In this document: positions 9,907 to 20,613 of the stretch, in pieces
Position numbering within the stretch: the stretch's first letter is position 1
Layout: each line of letters starts with the position of its first letter
From: a virus
Length of the DNA: 64,000 bases
Strand: one strand, 5' to 3'
IMG/VR virus record: IMGVR_UViG_3300035210_000189
Location: 32,001 to 96,000 of that record
Notes under the pieces: model-generated
Seen by the model: only the letters and a program-made list of their open reading frames with translations
Told to the model about the DNA's origin: nothing
Database searches by the model: none
Translations under genes and position numbers: made by a program

Positions 9907-10338
9907 ATGCATAATATTGTAGCGTCCAAACTTATTAATGACCTTATACTGAACACTGATGACAGTAGCCATCTTATTCTCGATGAAATCAAAAAAAACC
10001 AAAGCCTTGTTGGTGTTCGTCAACTCTTGATTGAAATTGATACAGATGATGATTTTGCCGTTGATGGTTCATCTGATTTTTCGAAAACATTTGATTTGGG
10101 TGAACGTGATATTGTTGAAGTCTACAAAGAAGCTATTAAGAGTATCAAGTTTGGGCATGATAACGTCAAAAATTATAAGGTCGATAATTTCTTGGAATAT
10201 ATCTTGTCAGAAGACGCATTGAATGAAGTGGCTACTGGTCATCTTTCAACAGGCGGTAATCAGACAATTTATGTCACCGTTGTCGATGCTCCTAGAAATA
10301 TGTATATTGGTTCATTAGTTATTGATTTGACCCGATAA
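9907..10338 (+). CDS. hypothetical protein
   Basis: GGAG RBS before ATG 9907. Confidence 0.7.
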   Translation: MHNIVASKLINDLILNTDDSSHLILDEIKKNQSLVGVRQLLIEIDTDDDFAVDGSSDFSKTFDLGERDIVEVYKEAIKSIKFGHDNVKNYKVDNFLEYILSEDALNEVATGHLSTGGNQTIYVTVVDAPRNMYIGSLVIDLTR

Positions 10339-10395
10339 TGCTTTCATTATTCATTCAGTTGTGATAAAATAGGCCCACTTGAGGGCTTATTTTTT

Positions 10396-11043
10396 ATGAG
10401 AAAACCAATTAATGTCAATACTATTGAGGAACTGAAAGCAGTTGCATTTGATTATAATGCTCCTGTTTTCGTTGCTCCTGAGCTTTTGATGAATGAAATC
10501 ATTGAGACTGATGAAGAATGTGATAAACTCTTGGCTAACTTATCCCATTATCATAAAAGTGTCATCGCCTTCTTTTTCAGATGTGAAGGATTTAGGGTTT
10601 ATTTTTTGGTGATTGATAGCTTTGTTGTCGTAAAAAACTATGTTCTTGATAATGTAACGATTGCTAATTTGAAAAAATTTGTCATTCAATCCGTTCGCTT
10701 TGATTCAGGCAGTCACCAGTGGAATGAAAAACAATTTTATTCTTACAAACGTGGAAATAAACCTGACAGTGTGGAACGCAGTTACGGTTCTTTTATTGCT
10801 AGGTATAGCCATGTTTATGATAAAACCTATGTGAGCCAAATTAGAGTCACTGATCAATCACAATACCTTATTGACATGACCTTTAAACGCAATGGTCGGC
10901 AAATCACATTGATTGAACTGTCAGCAGACTATCCAGAAATTGCATCCGCTTTGAGAGGTAAAGTTCGGTCAATTGAAAACCTTACAAACAAAAGCAAATT
11001 GATTAAATCTTATCTACCTATTATTGATATGATTCTTATTTAA
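10396..11043 (+). CDS. hypothetical protein with C-terminal M-x-x-I tag
   Basis: ends LPIIDMILI*. Confidence 0.8.
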   Translation: MRKPINVNTIEELKAVAFDYNAPVFVAPELLMNEIIETDEECDKLLANLSHYHKSVIAFFFRCEGFRVYFLVIDSFVVVKNYVLDNVTIANLKKFVIQSVRFDSGSHQWNEKQFYSYKRGNKPDSVERSYGSFIARYSHVYDKTYVSQIRVTDQSQYLIDMTFKRNGRQITLIELSADYPEIASALRGKVRSIENLTNKSKLIKSYLPIIDMILI

Positions 11044-11052
11044 GGAATAACC

Positions 11053-11682
11053 ATGCTATTAATCAATACCATTGACCAATTAAAAGAATGTTTGTTATCA
11101 GTTGAGCAAACTGGACGATTTGTCACACCTGTTAAAGAATTCGTTAAGGCTGGTCAGATTATTAAACCCGAGAACCGAAATGAATATATTTACGTTCTGG
11201 ATGATCTTCATACTATTTATTTTCAATTGAGTGAAGATCTTATTGTCTTCAAAGGGTTTCAGATTAAGCCAGAAAAACACTATATTTTCCATAGACTAGA
11301 TAACCTTCCATGCTCTCTATTTTATCTTAAAAATGGTAATTTAAACACTACAAGTTGGTATGTGAATGGTATTGCTGTTCGTGACAATCCTATGCAACCT
11401 GTCGTCGTAGATCGTCGTGATGGTGATTTCTGGACGTTTCAGTATGCAACCTCAGATGATGGTTGCTTTGAGATGTCTCATATTATCTATGACAAGCGTA
11501 AGAAAGGTGAATGGCGTGTCATGGACATGTTGGCTAGGCGTCGTGGACAAAACATGAATTTTAAAGAGATTAAAAAACAATTTCCTTTTGTTGAAGATAT
11601 TACATTTGAGGATTGTTATGATCTTAGTAAAAACATCTTTACTGCAGATCAAGTGACATTGATGAGAATGATTGATATTTGA
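11053..11682 (+). CDS. hypothetical protein with C-terminal M-x-x-I tag
   Basis: ends VTLMRMIDI*; N-terminus INTIDQLK resembles VNTIEELK of the upstream ORF. Confidence 0.8.
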   Translation: MLLINTIDQLKECLLSVEQTGRFVTPVKEFVKAGQIIKPENRNEYIYVLDDLHTIYFQLSEDLIVFKGFQIKPEKHYIFHRLDNLPCSLFYLKNGNLNTTSWYVNGIAVRDNPMQPVVVDRRDGDFWTFQYATSDDGCFEMSHIIYDKRKKGEWRVMDMLARRRGQNMNFKEIKKQFPFVEDITFEDCYDLSKNIFTADQVTLMRMIDI

Positions 11683-11790
11683 AATCGGCAATATAATACT
11701 GCTTAATATTAAAAGATGGCACCTAATCGGCATTATATTGCAGATTTAGGTGCTTTTTTGTATTCTTTTATGCAATATAATGCAGTTTGA

Positions 11791-12603
11791 TTAAATTTCG
11801 ATCATTTCAATCAGTTTTAAGTAATCCATAAAAGCCACTTTGTTATCACCATTAAAATTATCATAAAATGACTTATTGACCACTTTAAACCAATTGTTAT
11901 CTTCCAAGTCAATATTTTTAGGATCGAAGAAGCTTGAATCTACTTCTTCTTTTACATTCATGACGTGTTTAGTAAATCTTAACAACATTAGTTCTGATGC
12001 AACATCACCATTAGAGTTGAGTGAGTAACTTGTAGCATTAGATTTAACTATATTTTTCAATTCAAATGTCTTACGGCAAATTTTATGATTTTTGTCAAAG
12101 AAATATGTCATGCTCGACATCTTTCTTAAATGCAACAAGATCACCCAGTGTTTCTGCTTGATGGCATAGGCTGAACCGTAGTAATCTTTTTGTAGATGAA
12201 ATTCTAATTCATTACCTTCTTTATTGAAATGATTTAAGTTCAGATGATTGATTAATGTTGATTCGAATGATTCACCCTTATACAGAGCACTGTAATGCGT
12301 TTGTTGACCTTTTTCATTATAATACACATAAATAGGCAACTCAAACTCACAGTTAAACAATTCAAATAAGTTAAATTTAAAGGTAATGACAATGCAATCA
12401 CTTGATTTTCCAGATACATAAAAAGAGGTTTCGTCTTTTACCAAATCAAGATGTTCTTTAATTAACTCTTTGGTTAAATTTGGATTATTGTTAATTGCTA
12501 TTAATTTTTCACACATCATGGCACGAACAATTTCAAAGTGCTTGTCTTTGAGCTTATTATTCTTAGATAACTCTTCAAAATTTGGAAAGTATAATTTCAT
12601 CAT
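11791..12603 (-). CDS. hypothetical protein with C-terminal M-x-x-I tag, paralog of 12619..13410
   Basis: ends LKLIEMIEI*. Confidence 0.8.
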   Translation of the reverse strand: MMKLYFPNFEELSKNNKLKDKHFEIVRAMMCEKLIAINNNPNLTKELIKEHLDLVKDETSFYVSGKSSDCIVITFKFNLFELFNCEFELPIYVYYNEKGQQTHYSALYKGESFESTLINHLNLNHFNKEGNELEFHLQKDYYGSAYAIKQKHWVILLHLRKMSSMTYFFDKNHKICRKTFELKNIVKSNATSYSLNSNGDVASELMLLRFTKHVMNVKEEVDSSFFDPKNIDLEDNNWFKVVNKSFYDNFNGDNKVAFMDYLKLIEMIEI

Positions 12604-12618
12604 TCACCCTGTATTTTG

Positions 12619-13410
12619 TTAAATTGCTATCATGTCTATTACATTCATATAATCCAAGAATGCAGTGCGTTTGTCACCTGTTAAGCTTCTGAAAAAGTGT
12701 TTATGAACTTCCCGCATCCATTCTGATTGGGTGAAATCTATATCTTTGTAATTAATAAATGATGAATCAACAGAATCTCTTTCATTTGTGACATGTTTTA
12801 CGAACTTTAAAAACATAAGTTCAGTTTCAAATTTCTCAAAACCTTCCATTGAATAATTAGAACTTGAATTATTAATTTTTGATTCAAAACCACGCAAATA
12901 AACCTTATGCTCAGTGTCAAAACGATATTTTAAAGTAGTCCTTATTTTTGGATATTCTGGTGTTTTTATATAATTTTCTTTGATGATTTCATATACAGTT
13001 TTATTGTTTGCATCTTCATCTAATGAAAACTCTAATTTAGACAAATCGTCATTAAAATGATTAATATTTAAAAGATTCATTAAACTTAAATCATTTTTTG
13101 ATCCCATATATGTTGAATGCCATCTATTGTATTTTCCATGTTGATTAAAATATAAATGTACAGGTATTACAATATAACAATCGAAAAAATTAACAGCAAA
13201 GTTAACTGTACAGTAATCCTTAGTATTATAAAATTTGGTAGTTGTTCCATAAATCCCAAGGTTACTTTGAATATCTTCATCTGTGATATTTGGGTTATTA
13301 TTCATTTTTACGAATTTTTCATACAATAATTCCCACACCTTACCTTCTTGGTCTTTCGCAAGGTTTGGGTTGCTTGATAATTCTTCGTAATTTGGAAATG
13401 AAAGATACAT
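12619..13410 (-). CDS. hypothetical protein with C-terminal M-x-x-I tag, paralog of 11791..12603
   Basis: ends MNVIDMIAI*; shared L.FPN.EELS.N, LN.NHFN, ELM.L.F.KHV.N. Confidence 0.8.
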   Translation of the reverse strand: MYLSFPNYEELSSNPNLAKDQEGKVWELLYEKFVKMNNNPNITDEDIQSNLGIYGTTTKFYNTKDYCTVNFAVNFFDCYIVIPVHLYFNQHGKYNRWHSTYMGSKNDLSLMNLLNINHFNDDLSKLEFSLDEDANNKTVYEIIKENYIKTPEYPKIRTTLKYRFDTEHKVYLRGFESKINNSSSNYSMEGFEKFETELMFLKFVKHVTNERDSVDSSFINYKDIDFTQSEWMREVHKHFFRSLTGDKRTAFLDYMNVIDMIAI

Positions 13411-13563
13411 TTAACATCCTCAATTTATATATCTTTTGATTATACCTTATTTTGTTGTTTTAGTCTATGATTTTGCCTATTAAATGTTCATAAAAAAGAC
13501 ATAATTTTATTGATTTTATTTTTAAAATATGTTAAAATACTTGCTCTTTAAGAGGTGATTTTT

Positions 13564-13998
13564 ATGGAGTTAGATATTAAAGTTTTGAGAGAATTAGGCC
13601 CGCATGTCGGCCAAAAAGTTTGGATTTGTGATTATCGTCAACCTGACTTGGATAAGAAAGCTATCCGCCATGTCCCGCCAACAGAAGTTATTATTGTTTC
13701 GAACGAAGAAAACAAGCCAACTAAGCCTATTCATTACTCAGATACCCATTTTAGAACTTTGACAAAAACGGGTGAAGCAGGCAGTAAAGTGATTGGTATT
13801 TTCGACAATACAGGTTATCGGTTTAATACAGGCACAGCTTTGCATGTTTTCGACAATAAGGAAGAATGTGTTGAGTTTTATAACGATCAAGCTGATAAAA
13901 TTATTTCAGCACTTGATGACAAGATCAGTTGGGTTGTGGTAGGATTGAACAATGCTAAAAAAGAAGTCCTCGATAACAAGCTGAAATCAAGGAAATAA
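13564..13998 (+). CDS. hypothetical protein
   Basis: GAGG RBS; no recognisable motif. Confidence 0.75.
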   Translation: MELDIKVLRELGPHVGQKVWICDYRQPDLDKKAIRHVPPTEVIIVSNEENKPTKPIHYSDTHFRTLTKTGEAGSKVIGIFDNTGYRFNTGTALHVFDNKEECVEFYNDQADKIISALDDKISWVVVGLNNAKKEVLDNKLKSRK

Positions 13999-14005
13999 CA
14001 ATATC

Positions 14006-14377
14006 ATGGATGGCTTCGGTCATCCTTTTCTTTCGGAGAGCCACCTGATGATTAATTTTCTGTTCAAAAAAGTGATTGTTGTGGAATATGAACATAGTAT
14101 CAGTATTTATGATACCTTTGAAAAAGTAACCAATAATGATGCCCTTTTACCCTATGTGAACAAAAATATGACGCTTAAAAATGGAGTCTCTTCCATCAAA
14201 GCTGATTTGCACACTGGTGCTGAATATCATTATCCTGTTACTATTTATGCAGCTCACCGTTTTAATTTCTTGCACCTGAGTGACGCCGCTTCTTGTGCCT
14301 ATCATCAATTTAAATCTATTTTGACACGTTCTTCGTGTGATTGGGACAGCTTTTCGGCTTACTCTTTCAAAAAATAA
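14006..14377 (+). CDS. hypothetical protein (true start may be 14048)
   Basis: ORF; GGAG before an internal ATG. Confidence 0.65.
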   Translation: MDGFGHPFLSESHLMINFLFKKVIVVEYEHSISIYDTFEKVTNNDALLPYVNKNMTLKNGVSSIKADLHTGAEYHYPVTIYAAHRFNFLHLSDAASCAYHQFKSILTRSSCDWDSFSAYSFKK

Positions 14378-14411
14378 TATATCTTTAATTTTTTAAAATG
14401 AGGTATTTGAC

Positions 14412-14855
14412 ATGCGTATTGAAAACCAGAATCCTGATACATTTGAAAGAATTCTTTTAGCAGTTATGGGGGTAGCTATGATTGCGTTGGCATTCCTTTT
14501 TTTGAGTTTGTTTATTTTTGAGGTGCCATCTTCAGAAACAACTTATAATGTTCGGAAAGACATCTTTACAATCAATCGAGCATTTGATCAAAATTCCAAC
14601 ACATGGGTGGTTGGCGTCATGGATGCTGATAATATCAAACTGGGATCATTTGTTTGTGCATCAAAACCTATGAATGCGAATCCTGAACTTTACTATAAAA
14701 TGACTAGAGAAGACATGTTCTTTGGACCTTCTAAATACGCTTTTTCTTTTAGTTATGTGGAAAACTGTACAAGTGTGAGTGGTTCATCGGCTATAACGCA
14801 AATGCCAAACGTGCAAAATAGAACGCCACGTAAAAAAGGCGAATTCATACTGTAG
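14412..14855 (+). CDS. membrane-anchored hypothetical protein
   Basis: N-terminal TM helix. Confidence 0.7.
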   Translation: MRIENQNPDTFERILLAVMGVAMIALAFLFLSLFIFEVPSSETTYNVRKDIFTINRAFDQNSNTWVVGVMDADNIKLGSFVCASKPMNANPELYYKMTREDMFFGPSKYAFSFSYVENCTSVSGSSAITQMPNVQNRTPRKKGEFIL

Positions 14856-14915
14856 TGGTTGATTTTTTCTTATTTTATGATATAATGACCTTCTTAATTT
14901 AAAGAGGTCATTATC

Positions 14916-15395
14916 ATGGGTGTTACCTTCCAAGCTCAAATCAATCACGATGATTACCCACAACAGAAGGTGTTCATGGCTGATCTTTATCCTGATTTGG
15001 ATGAAGAGTATTTCAAGCTTGAAGGTTATTGCCCATTTGATGAAGAAACTCAACGCCATTACCAGATGGAGCGTGTCATTGACTTCAAACAAAGTCGTGA
15101 TTTCAGCTACGCTAATTTCTACTTGTTATTGGATCTGGTAGATCGTAATATCCGTATTGCCACACAAGCTGATGGTGGCTACTATGCTATCAATCATGCT
15201 GATATTCAAGTGTTCCGTAAGAAAGTCTTCATGGCCTTGAATAAGGTCAACGAAGGCCATGCTGTTGAGCCATCACAAAATGGAAACTTCTATGATTGTG
15301 GTGCATCTATGGATTATATTCATGGTGCTCTCAGTGATATGCTTGAAATCATTGATCAGGCATATAAGAAAAACTTAAATATTTTTTGGGCTTAA
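14916..15395 (+). CDS. hypothetical protein
   Basis: own promoter, GAGG RBS. Confidence 0.75.
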   Translation: MGVTFQAQINHDDYPQQKVFMADLYPDLDEEYFKLEGYCPFDEETQRHYQMERVIDFKQSRDFSYANFYLLLDLVDRNIRIATQADGGYYAINHADIQVFRKKVFMALNKVNEGHAVEPSQNGNFYDCGASMDYIHGALSDMLEIIDQAYKKNLNIFWA

Positions 15396-15397
15396 TT

Positions 15398-15745
15398 ATG
15401 ATCAATTCAAAACAAGTCTTTAAAGCAGGATTATGCAGTGTCTTCGGAGCTGCGACATTCTCACTCTTCTTCTGGAATAGTTACATGCTTTCCACAGGTC
15501 GGTTTATGGTCTGGAAAGCTTTTGAAGGGGATTCTCATTTCCTCATGTTCGCTTTATTCCTTATGCCATTACTGATTGGTTTTACAGCCGGATTTGGTAT
15601 GATTTTTTACTCGTTTCGTCTAGAAAGTAAAGAAGCTGACAAAAGAATGCAAGATCGAATCGCGGACAGAGACAAGCAATTAGAAGATACCACATTAACC
15701 AGTCTAGAAAGAATTGATATAATTCTAGGCAACCACCGAACTTAA
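15398..15745 (+). CDS. two-TM membrane protein
   Basis: two hydrophobic segments. Confidence 0.7.
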   Translation: MINSKQVFKAGLCSVFGAATFSLFFWNSYMLSTGRFMVWKAFEGDSHFLMFALFLMPLLIGFTAGFGMIFYSFRLESKEADKRMQDRIADRDKQLEDTTLTSLERIDIILGNHRT

Positions 15746-15766
15746 CCAGCCTATGGGAGTCCTCAT

Positions 15767-16150
15767 ATGACAATAGCTCAGAAAGACAATGAAAGTTTTG
15801 TTAACGCTATACGTTCAATGACTGAAAAGTTTATTGCTCTGGTTGAATCCCATTCAGTATCCAAAGATTTTTCTTGGTTTACATTTCGTGATGATACCCT
15901 TTTGACCGCAATTCAGCATTCTTTTGGTGAATTGACCCAAGAAGAACTGCAAGACTATCATCTTGTATTTAATCAAGTTATGGTTGAGCATGGCTATAGC
16001 ATCACTTCCGTAAATCATCTTGACGATAAAGTCGAATTATGGCATAATACACCTTCATTAAATATGGAACTTCACGAATATCTTGGCATTGCTTGGGGTG
16101 ATTATCATCATTTTATGTTTGGTCGTGATGTTTATTTGAAAAATAACTGA
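15767..16150 (+). CDS. hypothetical protein
   Basis: 127 aa ORF, GGAG RBS. Confidence 0.7.
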   Translation: MTIAQKDNESFVNAIRSMTEKFIALVESHSVSKDFSWFTFRDDTLLTAIQHSFGELTQEELQDYHLVFNQVMVEHGYSITSVNHLDDKVELWHNTPSLNMELHEYLGIAWGDYHHFMFGRDVYLKNN

Positions 16151-16210
16151 ACTAGCTGTTTCGCTGGGTCAGGGGTTTTATAATTTCAACTCTTAGTTAC
16201 GGATCAAGAT

Positions 16211-16834
16211 ATGAATGTCAATTCGGCTGAAACAGATAGCTTTAAAGAACTGTTTACTGTGTTCGCTAAGGAACACGATATAATGGTGGGGCGTTATTGT
16301 GCCGTAAAACTTCTCAGTTTCTACAATCATAATTTTGATCCTGTTATGCTCTTCCAGCTTGATGCTGATGTCGTTGCACCCTTGGTTTTAAAACCTTTTA
16401 AACATTTTCATGTAAAAAAGTTGGTCACACGATTAACCGATTTTTTGAGTGAAGTCGTTGAAGATAGTTTAGAGGGGTTTCTTGCTGCCAACTTCTTTGA
16501 TCAATTCACCCTTCACAATATTCAAAATATTGTCTTGAAAGAAGGTTATACCAGTGTTCATGATGTGGCTTATTATCAATTAGAATTGCTCAGCACATCC
16601 ACCCGACTTATGGTGAATTTTCATACTGAACCTGTTCAGCCTAGATTTTACAGAAATACAGAAATGAAGGGAACTATTAAATATCTCAATCTGGATGTTT
16701 ATTATCGAGATTTTGAATCACTCAGAGAACCCATGTTGGAACATTATGCTGATGAAATTGGTAAATTTCTCAATATTCCAGTGAATGAAATTGATGATAA
16801 TGTTTTAAAACTTGTTGAAATGGTTAAAATCTAG
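16211..16834 (+). CDS. hypothetical protein with C-terminal M-x-x-I tag
   Basis: ends VLKLVEMVKI*. Confidence 0.75.
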   Translation: MNVNSAETDSFKELFTVFAKEHDIMVGRYCAVKLLSFYNHNFDPVMLFQLDADVVAPLVLKPFKHFHVKKLVTRLTDFLSEVVEDSLEGFLAANFFDQFTLHNIQNIVLKEGYTSVHDVAYYQLELLSTSTRLMVNFHTEPVQPRFYRNTEMKGTIKYLNLDVYYRDFESLREPMLEHYADEIGKFLNIPVNEIDDNVLKLVEMVKI

Positions 16835-16914
16835 CACGTTTCTCGTTTTTTCTTGACGTGGAGTGATTTCTTTAGTATAATTACGAGATTGAAAATAAAA
16901 GAGGATTACACAAA

Positions 16915-18000
16915 ATGTCTACGTTTAAAGCGACAGTTCTTCCAGTCATTGTTGAGCCACATCCTAACGCTGATGCGATTGAACTGGCTCGCGTCGGGGA
17001 TTTCTTCTCGATCATTCAAAAAGGATACCTGAAAACAGGTGACTTGGCTGTTTATATTCCAGAAGGTGCCCTTGTTCCTGATTTCATTCAAGAAGAAGTG
17101 GGTTGCCTTGGTAAATTGGCAGGTTCCAAGAAAAACCGTTTGAAGCCTTCCATGCTTCGTGGTGTTCTTAGTCAAGGTCTTTGCTTTAAAGCCCGTGATG
17201 GCTGGGCTATCGGTGACGATAAAGCCGAAGAATTGGGTATCATCAAGTATGAAGCTCCTATTCCAGCCTCCATGAATGGTGAGATTTCTAACGTGGGCAT
17301 TGAAAACACTTTCCACTTTGACATTGAAAACGTCAAGCGTTACCCTGATGTATTGGTTGATGGTGAGCTTGTATCCATGACTGAAAAACTTCATGGCACG
17401 TTCACTATTGCTGGTAGCGTTTATGGTAAAGACCCTATTCCACATGTGGTTGATGGTCGCTCATTCGTGAGTAGCAAAGGTTTCTTTAACAAAGGCTTGG
17501 TGCTTCGTGACAACGAACAAAATGCTCATAACATTTACATTCGTGTTGCTAAAAAGTTCAATCTTTATGAGATTACAGCCATCCTTGCAGATCGCTACAA
17601 AACCAATGCTTATATTTCGGGCGAAACATTTGGTGCTGTTCAAGATTTGACTTACGGCTTGGATGCTGGCGTATTTGATTTCCGTGTCTTCAACTTGTTC
17701 CTTGGTTCGCGTAGTGATGCAAAAGGCGTGTTCCCAGTGGATGATGATGTGCTTGAAGCCTTGCTCACTGAGTTCAACTTGAAACGTGTTCCTGTGCTTT
17801 ACAAAGGCCCATACAGCAAAGAAGTCATGTTGAAATACACTGATGGGTTGGAAACTTACTCTGGCAAAGAAACACACATTCGTGAGGGTCTTGTTGTGGA
17901 ACCGCTTGTTCAGCGTCGAGATCCAGCCATTGGCCGTGTTGTCTTAAAAAGCGTTTCAACTGCTTACCTTTCTCGCAAAGGCGGCACAGAACTAAACTGA
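16915..18000 (+). CDS. RNA ligase, DRB0094/Rnl2-like family with N-terminal OB-like domain
   Basis: N-terminal HPNADAIELARV; nucleotidyltransferase motifs TEKLHGT (I), GETFG (III), FRVFN (IIIa), REGLVV (IV), LKSVS (V). Confidence 0.88.
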   Translation: MSTFKATVLPVIVEPHPNADAIELARVGDFFSIIQKGYLKTGDLAVYIPEGALVPDFIQEEVGCLGKLAGSKKNRLKPSMLRGVLSQGLCFKARDGWAIGDDKAEELGIIKYEAPIPASMNGEISNVGIENTFHFDIENVKRYPDVLVDGELVSMTEKLHGTFTIAGSVYGKDPIPHVVDGRSFVSSKGFFNKGLVLRDNEQNAHNIYIRVAKKFNLYEITAILADRYKTNAYISGETFGAVQDLTYGLDAGVFDFRVFNLFLGSRSDAKGVFPVDDDVLEALLTEFNLKRVPVLYKGPYSKEVMLKYTDGLETYSGKETHIREGLVVEPLVQRRDPAIGRVVLKSVSTAYLSRKGGTELN

Positions 18001-18037
18001 TAGGAACCTTCGGGTTCCTCTTTTTTTGAGGTATATC

Positions 18038-18376
18038 ATGAGTAAACTAACCTGTACACAAATTAAAGCGGCTGTTGGCTTAGTCGCATTGAAACATAAT
18101 TTGCAAGTGGATTGGAGTTCAGAAGACTCCTTTACATGGATTACCATGTGGCGTGATGGTGTTAAATTTAAAGCCGAAGAAGCTGCATTGATTTCTCAGG
18201 AAATTGCGAACGCCAGTGGTTTTGACTTCTACCTGAATAAAATCATTGCTGATGGTTTTGAAGGTGCGTTGGATGCGTATATTCGCAAAGTAACTCCCGA
18301 TGAAGTTCCACAGCGTTATGTTGAACATGGAAATACCAAAATTGATGACTACGGTGAGCAGTTCGTTGCTCAATAA
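18038..18376 (+). CDS. hypothetical protein
   Basis: GAGG RBS; flanked by terminator hairpins. Confidence 0.7.
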   Translation: MSKLTCTQIKAAVGLVALKHNLQVDWSSEDSFTWITMWRDGVKFKAEEAALISQEIANASGFDFYLNKIIADGFEGALDAYIRKVTPDEVPQRYVEHGNTKIDDYGEQFVAQ

Positions 18377-18460
18377 TGCAGACAGAAGGAGCCGAAAGGT
18401 TCCTTTTTTCATTCTACTATGGTATAATGCCTTATCAAAAAATCAAAGGTGTTATTACTC

Positions 18461-19060
18461 ATGAACGAAAAAATTGTTAAGCTTCTCAACTCCTTTTACA
18501 ATATTGGTTTTGATGGCGTTGATTATTTCTCCGTATTCCCAACGGTTCCTAATGACCAAATTTCAGAATTCGCTATCTGTATTGCTCATGACTGCGATAT
18601 TCATGTGATGCCTTGCATTAATCCAGATGTTCAAACACTTCGTGATGCCGATGGTAATATGAATGATATTTATCAAGACATGTTCTTTTCCTTTGAACAA
18701 TATCCTACACTGACTGGCTTCTTGAAAATCGCCGCTCGGGGTATTGGCATGGACAACATGTTGGGGCGTATTTCCAGTGGTGTGGATTTGAAAAATCCAA
18801 TTGAACTCATCAATGCCATTGTTAAAGAACAAGACTACCCAGAAGTGCTGGATGGTTTTGTTTACTCTCGCCTACAAGATGATAATGATGGTGAAGACAC
18901 GTCTACACTGGATATCAGCTTTGACAGTGTGGGTGCCTATGTGAAGGTTCGTTCGCTGGACAGTCTTCGGTATCGCACCAGTTATGGTGGTGGTAAAAGT
19001 GACCGTCTTCGTAATTCTTTGCTGTTGATTTGCTATATTATTCATCATAACCTTGTTTAA
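18461..19060 (+). CDS. hypothetical protein
   Basis: ORF with promoter; LRYRTSYGGGKS motif. Confidence 0.75.
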   Translation: MNEKIVKLLNSFYNIGFDGVDYFSVFPTVPNDQISEFAICIAHDCDIHVMPCINPDVQTLRDADGNMNDIYQDMFFSFEQYPTLTGFLKIAARGIGMDNMLGRISSGVDLKNPIELINAIVKEQDYPEVLDGFVYSRLQDDNDGEDTSTLDISFDSVGAYVKVRSLDSLRYRTSYGGGKSDRLRNSLLLICYIIHHNLV

Positions 19061-19110
19061 AACGCTCTAAACTGCTATAATAGACCATACTTTTTCATCG
19101 GAGATACATT

Positions 19111-19539
19111 ATGACTACTTTGCACAAAGGCTTCAATAAAATCATGGAACAAGAAAGTATCCAGAGTGGTAATGCTTTTACCAGTGTGCAGACTTCCATG
19201 TATGTTCGTGGCATTAATACGCTTGAATGTAACAATCATGATTTTAAAAAAGGTGAGCTTCATCAGCGAGACATGAACATTTTTACAGATTGGATGCAAC
19301 GAAATGTTCAGGCTGATTATTTGACTCGTGATGACTTCTACAAAAAAGTTTCTGATTTGGCGTTTACTGGTGATCTGTGCCTTTATATTTTTCATAGTTC
19401 GCCAAAATCGGCTGCCATTGCCATTGCGATTGCTGATAAGAGTGGTCTGCAATATTTTTACGAACTCAAAGGTGATATTAAAAACCGTAGCATCGTTAAT
19501 TACATTAAAGATGAACTCAATCGGAGAGGTTGGTATTAA
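19111..19539 (+). CDS. hypothetical protein
   Basis: GGAG RBS, promoter. Confidence 0.75.
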   Translation: MTTLHKGFNKIMEQESIQSGNAFTSVQTSMYVRGINTLECNNHDFKKGELHQRDMNIFTDWMQRNVQADYLTRDDFYKKVSDLAFTGDLCLYIFHSSPKSAAIAIAIADKSGLQYFYELKGDIKNRSIVNYIKDELNRRGWY

Positions 19540-19635
19540 TTAACCTTTCATCATACTCTTAGTTGTTAATTTTGACTTTCAGTCAGATTATAGTATACTG
19601 AACCGAAGTTAAAAGAAAAACAACTAGGAGTTTAT

Positions 19636-20136
19636 ATGTTAAAGAAAACCTTATTAGCGTGTCTTTTGATCAGTAGTTCCTTAGCTGTTCATGCAGCAGA
19701 TTTTGCACCCTTTGGAATCAAAATTGGAGAGCAAAGTTCGTTTTATCCAAAAAATCTCCAACCCACTGTTCTTGAACCTGTTAAGGTTCAGCCACCACAA
19801 CCTGTTGACGATTTCTTCAATGAATACAATGTCTATTTTAATGATGATCAACTTGTTCGCAAAGTAGAAGCCACTGGTGATTTAACCTCGGGTAAATACA
19901 GTTGTGTCGATATTGCTAATTCATTAAATGACACTTTTTTGAAGACCTATACCAATGCTCAGCCTAGTGTGCAAAATGGTGCCATGTATGCGTATACAGT
20001 TGAAGAAGGTACTGATAGTTATTCAGCCTATATTGCTTGTGATGAAACTTCAATTCATTATGTCATGTTTAATCCTGCACTTGAAAAGATAAGAGATAAT
20101 GTTGAAAGTACAAAGAAAGTAGACGTTCAATTATAA
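19636..20136 (+). CDS. secreted/periplasmic hypothetical protein
   Basis: Sec signal MLKKTLLACLLISSSLAVHA. Confidence 0.8.
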   Translation: MLKKTLLACLLISSSLAVHAADFAPFGIKIGEQSSFYPKNLQPTVLEPVKVQPPQPVDDFFNEYNVYFNDDQLVRKVEATGDLTSGKYSCVDIANSLNDTFLKTYTNAQPSVQNGAMYAYTVEEGTDSYSAYIACDETSIHYVMFNPALEKIRDNVESTKKVDVQL

Positions 20137-20220
20137 TTCTTTAAATTTGTGAAATCAGCCAGCACTTGTGTTGGCTTTTTTATTTTTTCTGCTATATTAA
20201 ATCTTTTAAGGAGAATTAAA

Positions 20221-20613
20221 ATGGCTGGAATACCTAAACTATCAGTTAGATTATCGGACAGTTACAAAGCAGCACTATCAGAAATAACCACCACTATTGA
20301 AAATTTTAGAGCACTCGATGAATTGTATGATGCATACTCAGTTGAAATGACAATCAGAACAGCATGCATGGTTGATGATGAAGACATTTTTCCAGAAGAT
20401 TACGAGTTTGATTTAGATCCAGAATCACTTTATCTTAACATTTCTGACCTTCACAGTTTACAATCATGTAAGCCATCCGTTCTTAGTTTGTTGGAGTATG
20501 CGTTTAAAGATTCAGATTTAAAATTATGGCTTTATATTACCGATGATGACAAAACGTTTGTTTTTGTTCAAGCACCGTTGTCCCATCTCGCAGAGAATGC
20601 AAGGCACTATTGA
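20221..20613 (+). CDS. hypothetical protein
   Basis: AAGGAG RBS before ATG 20221. Confidence 0.7.
   Translation: MAGIPKLSVRLSDSYKAALSEITTTIENFRALDELYDAYSVEMTIRTACMVDDEDIFPEDYEFDLDPESLYLNISDLHSLQSCKPSVLSLLEYAFKDSDLKLWLYITDDDKTFVFVQAPLSHLAENARHY

Noticed and set aside
16906-17877. Long antisense ORFs opposite the RNA ligase and other + strand genes
   Set aside because: Explained by codon bias of the sense genes; no RBS or motifs.
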